Source: Trichoplax sp. H2
Lineage: Eukaryota
Assembly: GCA_003344405.1 (NCBI GenBank)
Contig: NOWV01000028.1
Span: 248,001 to 312,000, forward strand
Length of the DNA: 64,000 nt
Reading direction: 5' to 3'
Below are positions 54,371-64,000 of this stretch, one piece after another. The stretch's first letter is position 1; each line of letters begins with the position of its first letter. The notes under the pieces were generated by a model. The model worked only from the letters and a program-made list of their open reading frames with translations, had not been told where the DNA came from and ran no database searches. The translations under genes and the position numbers were made by a program.

Positions 54371-54959
54371 CCATGGAGATATGAAGGCTTTTAAAGCTGC
54401 ATTTAAAACTTGAACTCTCAGGCTGTCGGTCTGGCCGGCTGTTACTAGAAGACCGCCATTGCGCAAGATCGACCTTTGAGGTAAACTAAACTTTATTTAC
54501 TGTCTTGCTGAGGCTTTGAAATTTTTCATGGAGATCGTAAACTTTGACCAAGTTTATGCCAATGAGTAGAGAAAGAATTGCCTAAATGGTATTAAATGTA
54601 ACTCTAACCTATGAAATAAGCATGAATCAGTATTAGTTAACAGTGGAAATTGAGATGGATGATAATCCAGCATCAGATAGATGCAATCGCAATCATTCGT
54701 TGATTTGGTAAGCAAGTCCTTTATGATCTTACCTTGGACTTGCTGCATAACAACCTTGTCGTTTATGCTTCAAAGACATCAATTAATTTGGTAAATTGTA
54801 AGTAAATGATATAGAATACCTGTTTATAGTAGTTATGTCATGTTGTGAAGGAAATTTAAGTGTCTTCTTAATGTGTAACTTCCAATTATTGTCTATTCAG
54901 TATATCCAGAGATTGACCGAGGATTAAAGTGAATAGACTGTATTGGGCTTATTGGAAAG

Positions 54960-56621
54960 ATGAATCTAGTCCAATTGCCTAACGATGTAATTTACAAGAT
55001 ATTAGATTATTTGCCAGGTTTTCATTTAGGTCGATTTTCATCGACTTGTATAACCTTTTATCAGCTTATCCATGATGATTTGTTGTGGAAAGAAAAAGTT
55101 TGGAGTGAACTAACTAGAAAGCCTACGTTTGTTAAAGGAGAAAACTATTATACGTATTATAAGCGTATTTATATTGGACCAAAGAGAACTTTAGATGCCC
55201 TTTCACAATATCTGCCCAATCGTCGTTTTTTCACCTGCAATAGAGATCATCAAATGCAAATTCATGATTTACCTCGGCTTTCTATGAGCTATAGCGATTA
55301 TGTTTTTGATGAGACGTTATGTTATGATGAAATAGCAAGATGGCTTAACAAGAGGAAAGAATTTCTACGTATTGCTGCGGAATCTGGTTTGGAGATATGG
55401 GGTCAAAGAATAATTCAGCAAATCTTAGCTCGATGTGGAGAACTAAATTTTTCTAACAATAAACTATCTAGTCCCTTTTATATTGCTATTTTAAATCGTC
55501 AATTACACTTTGTACACATGTTACTGCAATATCCATGGCCAGATAAATTGAATCCATGGATAGAGAATCAAGAAAACAGCTGCAATTACACACTAACAAA
55601 TGGACTAATTAAATGTGGGTATCATGGTCTACAACTACTACGCGACTACTTTATGCTTATTAACTTGCCTGCCGTCCAGAAAGCCGCTTTAATTGGTGAT
55701 CGTGTGCGCTTAGAACATTGCATCCAGGGAAATACCAATCGATTGAATAACCCATTCCCATTTACAGCTCTATTTATGGCTATTCTAGGTAAAAATGTAG
55801 ATTGTATACGATTATTAATCCGTTATAACTGCAAACCAGCCATTCGAAAAATTAAAGGTATCCAATGGCCAGTGAATGAACTAATACTGACGATGATTAC
55901 AAACAATTTAACATGCTTTCAAATTATACTAGAAGAGAGTTGTGGAACAGTATCTATGGCTTGTATCCGGCAAAGTATCGCCTTCGCACTCCAACATGGG
56001 CATACTGAATTTATTGATTACCTACTAAATCGCCAATATCAAGGAATCATACAAGAAGAGATTTACCTCCTATCAAGGAGAATTATCTCTCATAAAAATG
56101 TCAAGATTGCACACTTACTACGTTTCGCTGGATCATTAAGTAAAGCCCTTATTCTACAGTTAGTACCCCTGTTACCCTACTGTTGCCAAAGTCAAAGTTC
56201 TTATACTGATTTTAGTAATTATAATGATGCGGTATCCATGATTACCATTCTACAAGACGACAACCTAACTGTTGAACAAGTTGCCCAACAAACGCCATTT
56301 TATCAACTTATGCAGTTTTGCAAAGCTATAATTAATTATAGTGATAGACTGGATGGCTATTCTTATAGCATACTTTTAAATGTTGTTGTGAAAACTAGAT
56401 CATTTATTACACTCTCTAATAGCAAATTGCAGCAAAAGTATGACCATGTATGTGCGGAATATATTCGCCTTATAATTAGTTGGGGAGCTGACGGGATGAT
56501 ATATCGTCGTAATCGACTTGGTCAAACAATGCATGAATTAATCATGCAAAGTCAAAAAGAATGCTGGATTAACACCTTACCTTCGGATAATCTATTGGAT
56601 AATCTATTGGATATCATATAG
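54960..56621 (+). CDS. 553-aa protein with N-terminal F-box and ankyrin repeats; single coding exon
   Basis: F-box LVQLPNDVIYKILDYL...FSSTCITFYQLIHDDLLWK. Ankyrin-like units SPFYIAILNRQLHFVHMLL, TALFMAILGKNVDCIRLLIRYNC, SIAFALQHGHTEFIDYLL, IRLIISWGAD..RNRLGQT. Confidence 0.85.
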   Translation: MNLVQLPNDVIYKILDYLPGFHLGRFSSTCITFYQLIHDDLLWKEKVWSELTRKPTFVKGENYYTYYKRIYIGPKRTLDALSQYLPNRRFFTCNRDHQMQIHDLPRLSMSYSDYVFDETLCYDEIARWLNKRKEFLRIAAESGLEIWGQRIIQQILARCGELNFSNNKLSSPFYIAILNRQLHFVHMLLQYPWPDKLNPWIENQENSCNYTLTNGLIKCGYHGLQLLRDYFMLINLPAVQKAALIGDRVRLEHCIQGNTNRLNNPFPFTALFMAILGKNVDCIRLLIRYNCKPAIRKIKGIQWPVNELILTMITNNLTCFQIILEESCGTVSMACIRQSIAFALQHGHTEFIDYLLNRQYQGIIQEEIYLLSRRIISHKNVKIAHLLRFAGSLSKALILQLVPLLPYCCQSQSSYTDFSNYNDAVSMITILQDDNLTVEQVAQQTPFYQLMQFCKAIINYSDRLDGYSYSILLNVVVKTRSFITLSNSKLQQKYDHVCAEYIRLIISWGADGMIYRRNRLGQTMHELIMQSQKECWINTLPSDNLLDNLLDII

Positions 56622-58460
56622 AAATCGATTGAATCATGCTATATCGATTTTTTGATTAAAGTCTCATTTAGCTTGGGAGATAATACTATTTCTTAAGCTA
56701 CAGTAAAGATTTTCTCTAATATCATCCATGGCAATTTTTGATAGTGTAACTAGCCTTTACTTGTTACTATTAAATATGATCAAAAGTGATTCACCGTAGA
56801 AATCTTTCTATGGATACTGTAAATTGTATTAACGCTAATATCTCGATTTCTAAATGATTTCCTTTATAATAATGTATAATCGGTTAATAATATTTTAATA
56901 ATAAGTATACTGTATGGTTAAAGTACAGTATTTGTGTATTTCTAACAGGTTTCTGTTTTATAAAATATCATTGTAATTCATTTTATTCTATTAACATGTG
57001 CTTCTTATACAGTAAATATGCAAGATCTAAAATTGACCAATTTATCGTAAAATTAATGTTATGAACTCAATCACGCATTAATATCTTGTATTTATTTCTG
57101 GAACTGTAGGTAAGCCTTGTAATACAAACGCAATTACAAGCCTATAAATAAACAGTTATGATAATGCCCCCATTACCTTTATACGCAAATCGAATATGGA
57201 CGATACGGTTAAATGATTGCTATTATAGAGAACTCTAGATAGACCTAAATTCTAAGCCAATCGATTTACAATAGCATAAATCTCATGCCTAAAATCCTGC
57301 TGTGCTAAAAACTTGAGAGAATAACAAACGGATTATCAATTCAAGACGTGCATTATTAGACCTACATAAGTATCTAGGAATAACTAATGAATTACAGTTA
57401 TACTAAAGGCAAGAAATTTCACTTCAGTTAGTATTCTCCATTTATTTTGATAGCATTTGCTTCAAAGCATCAATTTGGGCATACACGTATGAAACATGCT
57501 ACCTGTAATCTCTTTAAGTAATCAAATCTACCAACAATCGCAGTTGATAAGCTATAGATTTATTTTTTAATTATTATAAAGTATCCTATCTTTCTAATGT
57601 TATTTATAATAGATTACATTGGGCTATCGGTTATATCTGATCTTATCACGTATGCACAATGGATCATTCTTTCTTTAAGGACATGAACAAGTGAAATTTG
57701 ATTTTTAAGATAACAACATAGTTGAAAGGGTTCGACGGAGAAATATTTTTAATTTTCGTTAATCATTAAAGTAACTAATTCAATCATAAGGTAATTGAAT
57801 CGTATTGTGTTAGAATGGTATATTGCATTAAATAAATGAATATATAAGTTAAGTTATCGTATACTCGTATAATAGTAAAGGTAATATATACATAAAAAAT
57901 GTACGTTATCATAATAGCTAAGAAAGTCCTTCTCATAATGCGTCGTAAATGTAAAAACTATCACTTACTACCGAATGATACTAAAGTTACAATAATACTG
58001 TCATCTTGAGATAACATCACCTGGACAGACGGGTATTTCACCCTAACATCAGACAGTAAGATATCTATTTACTTCTATAGCTGATTATTAATTTAAACGT
58101 ATGTCGACAGCTACATACTAATACAATCGATAAATATTGCACGATAATTCATGCAAAATAAGCTTAGCTACAACCTATACACGTGTGATACAATTTACTA
58201 ATTTACATGCCTATTCTACTCCAGTTTTTATCCAATTTATCATATTGCTAAAAGACTATCACATCTGCTGTCTTGTAACATTTTAGGCAGCTTGGATTAT
58301 AAGGCCAGCGTATCCTACGCTATGCAGTAGCTGCTAAATTATGTAGATAAATTATAATCACCAAAATTTCTATCGTGATGTAATATTTTTGATGATTTAT
58401 GATAATTTGCTATTTACTGTCTATCAGTGTAATACGCCATTAAAATTTTTAAGTTGAAAT

Positions 58461-61400
58461 TTAAATATCATTGCATGTATGGGTTTCAGGATCGTTGTCA
58501 AGAACGCCAACTGCCAAATAGTTGACGGCAATATCTACAGTTGTTGTTCTTGTCATAACTGTAGCTCGATCAGTTTGTATTTTCGAGCTATTAAGCAATT
58601 CAACTTTTTTGCTAATAGAATTAAGAGAATTTCGAATATGAGAATCGCGCGTAACGATATTGGAATGTCTTCTGATTAACTTATTAGGACAAGCATTTTT
58701 GTTAATAATTTGGAGCCACCATTCACGTACTTCTTGTCTGCATAAGCAGTACAAGAAAAACATAAAAAATCCTTGATAATTGGTAAAAACTACAAATAGG
58801 AAAGTGAAAATCTTTGAAACAATCTCCGATTGCACTGTAGCTAAACTACTTGTCATCCAGGGTAACCCTAATACAATAACTATCCAAAATAATGCTCGTA
58901 ATCGTGCAGTTGTCATTTTTGCTTTTCTTTCATTGGATAATCGTCGAATATGGCGATATATAAACAAAAATATGATGAAATTAGAACCAACCATCACCAG
59001 CATCGGAACAATAAACAGACCAGAGATAGTATCAACCTGAAGCCAACATCTAGATATAAAGCAGAAGTCATTAATCAATCTTTAATGTCTGGCATGGACT
59101 AAACAACTTTACAATTGTGTAGAATGGTGTGGTAGAGCACATCAACATGACGAATTACTGATGATTCTGTTTGTAATAATGCAGATGTGCTAGTACACGG
59201 TAGTAGAGTTAATTCTACCAAAATGGGGTTTTAAAAGATGGTTCAATGAAACTTACGCATTATCTGAATTTCTCCCGAAAATGTTTTTTCCGATGATGGA
59301 CGAAAGAAATATTATCGTAGCAGGGACGCCTAACATAGAATAGAGAAATTAGCAGAAATGAAATGAGTATCTTTCGTGCTGTTAATAAAACTTAATTATT
59401 CACGTATTTCGATATTAAACTAGTTATTTGAGCAATTTTGCATGTAAAACTGAGAACATAATGGACTACTATCAAATTGTTATATATACTTTGAGCATCC
59501 TAATCAAAACCCATCATATAAGCTAAGTACTAGGGTATTCGATTTCAAAATCTTCTGCTGAAGCAATGGCATTATATAGCAAGGCTTTTAGCTCACCGTA
59601 AGCAAATATGCAAGCTAGAAGAATATTGCATTTGGTTGATATGAAATTAAACTGGGAATAGACTTTGATTAATTCGACGTAAAGGTGGATCGCCAAAATA
59701 GTCATCAAAATAACTGCTGACAAATAGCAGAAATACGATACCATGGCAATCATGACACAGCCAACAGAGCTGAGAGCCTGAGACATAACCAAAAAGTTGA
59801 CTAACGCGGTTCCCATCAAGCTTAAAGACAACATCGCAATAACTTGATTATTTTTCCTTTTCCTTAGTTTTCTTTAGCAGGATCATTTAGGTAAATTATC
59901 GAACAATTAACAACGACAAAAACATTAAATTAAATGTCGTAAATTATCTATAGGAGCACCAAATGCAATTAGTAAATCGAAAATTGAATTACCTTGCAGC
60001 GACTAGCGTAAGGAAAGTTATTGACGCGCCAATCATAGAAAGCACACTGCCAATTTTTGCTACTACCATTAAGGTGAGTGGAAAGTGATCATCTTCATTA
60101 CGTTCCATTATACACAAGAAAGTAGAATTCTAGCAAGTTGTAAGTAAAAATATTAGATAAACATAGTACAAGGAAATGAAAAATTCACAGCTTTCAATCA
60201 ATAGCGTAAAACTATCACACTTCCAGCTCTATAGGTTTCAAGATATGGATCCATTTTACGAGAAGCAATCCGATCTATGATAGCTACAGTATATTATGGC
60301 AGCAATTTTAAATCACTGGATCGTAGTTACTGAAATGGGTTCAAAAGTATAGGAATGAAATGAAGACAGCTAACTAGCTGTAGCCTATTTATTTCCATCG
60401 TCCATGTGTACAGCGCAGTTGTATTTAGTTTAACCGTATCAGCAATTTTTATATCATAGCAGCATGATAAAAGGTAAATCAATGTGGCAGCTATACGTGT
60501 ATTACTCTATAGCATACTCTAAATTGTTAAAAAAGATAGCATACGACACCGACGATAACTAATTAATTAATTACAATTTATAATCTGATTTAAAAAGCTT
60601 TCGATCAACGCATGCCGTTCCAGAACGTAAGTAAATGTGGAAAGTACTGCAATTTAGTTTATTTTCTTCGGTGAATTAAATTATATTATAATAGTCATTT
60701 ATTTTGATATAAATTTATATGATTGATATGGATATGACTAAAATTTGCTAAGGAAATTTCATGTGCTATTACATCGGCAATTCAGTACCCATCATGTAGT
60801 TGTTGGCTTGCTGGCTATTAGCAAAGTAACTGGCAATCACAAGATATATATACGATTATAATACAACATCTCTATACAGCATCAGACCCATTCGCAAATA
60901 ATACTCTACAGCAATTGCATTTACTGACTATGCAATAAAATAGGGTTTGTGTAGCATTTTAATTATAATGATTAAGAAATATAGACGGTGTAGTAACACA
61001 TTTTGGCTTATATAATATGATCTTATTTTCGGCTTACCTTATCATAGATGGTGTAGTTGATGTCATAGGGCAAACATTTCCCAGCTATTGAGCCATGACT
61101 CGATCCTTTGCTGTAGCCGTATCGATTTCTTAGGCTAGCATTAAGGCAGCCCTTAATTACCGTTGAATTTCTGTTATCCAAAGTAAGTCCATAGGAAAAT
61201 TAAAGTTATTCAATTGCAATAGAACGAACATCATGTCGCAACTATTGCACGTCAATTTATCTCAAGGACTGTATATATTATGAATTGGAATCATTCGGGT
61301 AATTGTAAAGGTATCCCATGTTTAAAACATTTTATCCTATAAACTAGTGCTGCTATTTTGTGTACAGATATATGCATATACAATATATATACAATAAAAT

Positions 61401-61487
61401 AGCTATCATATCCTAAAATATCATTAAGCTTATAACAAACCTGCATCTGCTGCAATTACCCCTGTTATGCTGTATCGAGGAAGTCAT
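58461..61487 (-). CDS. Adhesion/secretin-class (7tm_2) GPCR. Exons approx. 61487-61441, 61170-61038, 60129-59993, 59871-59597, 59329-59257, 59049-58461
   Basis: Seven hydrophobic segments with class-B2 motifs: KIGSVLSMIG, GCVMIAMVSYFCYLS..LAIHLYVELIKV, YGVPA, CWL, FIVPM..NFIIF, LGLPW, FTNYQGFFMFFLYC...EVREWW. Start codon uncertain. Confidence 0.85.
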
Positions 61488-63424
61488 AAAGCTTTTCTCA
61501 CTGTTTAAAGAATAAATGATAGAGTTAAGGCCGCTAATAATATACTTACAATTAAATGCGCATACAAGTATTCCTACAGTATAGATGAGTATGTTCACGT
61601 ATGTACAGAGGAAATGTAAACCCTTAATGCAATGAATCCTTTTCTCAGTCAAGAAATATAAGACAAAAACAAAACTCGATTACACGACCACTGTAATAAA
61701 CAGCTGCGCCGTAACGATCTTAAGTCTACATTTGGCTCGACCTAGAAGTACTGTATAGGCAATATTAAATAAAGTAAGTATAAAGTCTTTATAAATTGAA
61801 ATCGATTTCTCTCGGCTGCATAGCATATCGCTATAGGAAATACTCAAGTATACTGTATGTGGTTTAATTCGTCAAGATCTATGGATCTGAATGTTCGAAT
61901 ATCGGAGTGCCTTAACCTACCTCCCTCCTTTAAGGGTATAACGAAAGGAGGCCTGTAGTCTATAAAAAGGCTTCTGGGTAGGCATTTTTATTTTTGGTCC
62001 GTACAGTATGTGTAAACCTTAACCTACAGTAACAGATTTTTCAAGATTGTTTTTATGATTATGTCTCCGGTATTACACCATTTGCAGGATTTTTTGTTAC
62101 ATACTAAAATACCAGAAATCGCTTATAATTCCGTGAAAATCAAACATAAGAAATCCATTTAAATCGAGTAGAACATGTTAAAGGTTGTTGCAAGCTAATA
62201 AAATAGCAATTAGCGCTTGTTCTACATGAGTCAACATTGATATACTAGTACAGATGTTCTCATTTTGTTTACAATGAAATCAATGAGACTAGACAGGAAA
62301 TAGAAGTCAATGGATGAGAAGCCGTAACTGAGCACTTAAAGAACGATTTACTATAGAACGAATACGTCAATCATGATATTGATCCAAGCGTACCACCTTT
62401 AAAAAATAGAATCCAAACATTTAAAATGGTCCTATTTTGCAAGCACCATCTTCGTGCGAACTCTATTCAAGGACTATAAGTAGAATATTCTCTTTCTAGG
62501 ATAGAAAGTCTCCAACATTCACTATCACTTCGGAAATCGCCATCTGTAAACTAATTTCATCCCTCCCCTGCTTGAATAATTAATTTACTGCAGCAATGGA
62601 GCAGTTCTACAACAGAAAGTAGTTGTCAACTAGATTGGTCGATTAATAATTAATTATTAATACACTGAGGTGCATGACTGACATTATTTCTTGCAATATG
62701 GGAATTCAAAAGTGCAAACAGAATCGAATACTATGTATACTCGAGGAGCCACAGCTTGTGATACTTCCACGTTTAGTAAACGCCCATTTTAAATGCTATG
62801 TTGCAAAATCGTGTACCTCAGTGAATTCTAGAGACGCACAGTAACATGGATTAAAGAAGATTTTGCAGGTGTGTGAATTATTCGAGTATATCAATATATA
62901 ACATATATACAGTACACTCGCTTTCTTAACCAACCTACGAAGGAGTTATTCATCCCCTTCAATTCATGGTACCGTAGTATTGGATATGAAAACAGTTATT
63001 GTCACTGCTGAGACAGGCCGATAGTCCTTGATTTAGGATAAATTAAAGTTGAACAAAAAAGTGAAAGTTAGGCTATTTTATTTGGGGATACTTTATCACG
63101 GTTGGCCACTTGGGCCGAATAGGATGAGTGCAGCCACTATCGAGGAAGGATGCTCGAGAGAGAAATCCTTTGCGATTCTTGCCCATGGCTCGTTCGTCCA
63201 AAGTCCGACTGTCCGAAAGAGAAAGCATCACGTGATAAATGGCATCAACCATAACAGTGATCGGGACCGGGTATTGGGTCAAGCACACAGTCACGCCGTG
63301 TTGCACACGGTGTCACACGGCGTTGACACGATCGGCCGACTCCAAAAATTCAAAATGGAATCTTGCTTTTCGCCTCCATTTTGACAGTCTAAAATGATTA
63401 ATAACAATTCTCAACGACAGTGAT

Positions 63425-64000
63425 GCAAGGAAAGGATGGCTGGATTACTATAGCCGATAGACCTTGTCACTTAACTTGATAATGAATGATAAATTGGGAG
63501 ACTAGTGAATGACATTCTCCACGTATTATTGGTGTAGAAACAAACAATAATGACTGGAAAGTATATCTCGGAAATTGCCAAAAGCCAATGATAATCCTGT
63601 GATGATATCGTCACTATGGCCGATAGATTCGAAATATACTGTAAACCTGTAATGTATGTTAGTAGAGACCCTAAAAGATCCCTTTAGGGTCTCTAATGTA
63701 TATATATACAATACGTTCTTAACCTTACTTTATCAAGACATCCACTTCTACACTGCAGACGATCACTGTATTCCCTAATAACACCTCACTACTGTCATCC
63801 GCTGAAATCATTGGAAAAAAAAACGACAAGGACGCAAGAAAACGAAGGACGGATTAGCATAGCTAATAGTCTTGTCACTGAACTTGGTAATGAATGATAA
63901 ATTGCAAGACTAGCGGATGACATTCTCCACGTATTATCAGTGTAGAAACAATGACTAGACAAGTATATCACGGAAATGGCTAAAAGCCAATGATGATCAG
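63425..64000. repeat. Duplication with ~410-bp period, truncated by the window end
   Basis: cttgtcact..aactt..taatgaatgataaattg..gactag..atgacattctccacgtattat..gtgtagaaacaa occurs at ~63463 and ~63870. Confidence 0.88.

Noticed and set aside
63100..63170. Hammerhead or HDV-like ribozyme
   Set aside because: No CUGANGA core, and the TTCCTCG word lacks a closing P3/P1 pairing.
1..64000. Autonomous transposon, tRNA or rRNA genes
   Set aside because: No transposase or reverse-transcriptase ORF, cloverleaf or rRNA signature was recognised.

Overview
AT-rich eukaryotic genomic DNA with many short GT-AG introns and animal-type genes. The style suggests an early-branching metazoan such as a placozoan; this is inference, not shown. 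The first ~11 kb has no gene I can recognise. Seven genes follow: GLCE (-), a SKAP/AFAP-like adaptor with four PH domains (+), a signal-peptide protein built from LDL-receptor class A modules (+), NAD kinase (-), ELYS/AHCTF1 (+), an N-terminal F-box/ankyrin gene with an intronless CDS (+), and an adhesion-type 7TM GPCR with no visible GPS (-). The most unusual non-coding signal is dense mixed-orientation TA-C(A/T)G-TA arrays at promoter regions, which match Tc1/mariner excision footprints. There are also several unrelated local tandem duplications of roughly nucleosome length next to gene 5' ends; one carries three intact 48-codon ORFs. ELYS contains a U12-type intron. Exon coordinates were read by hand from splice signals and frame continuity.
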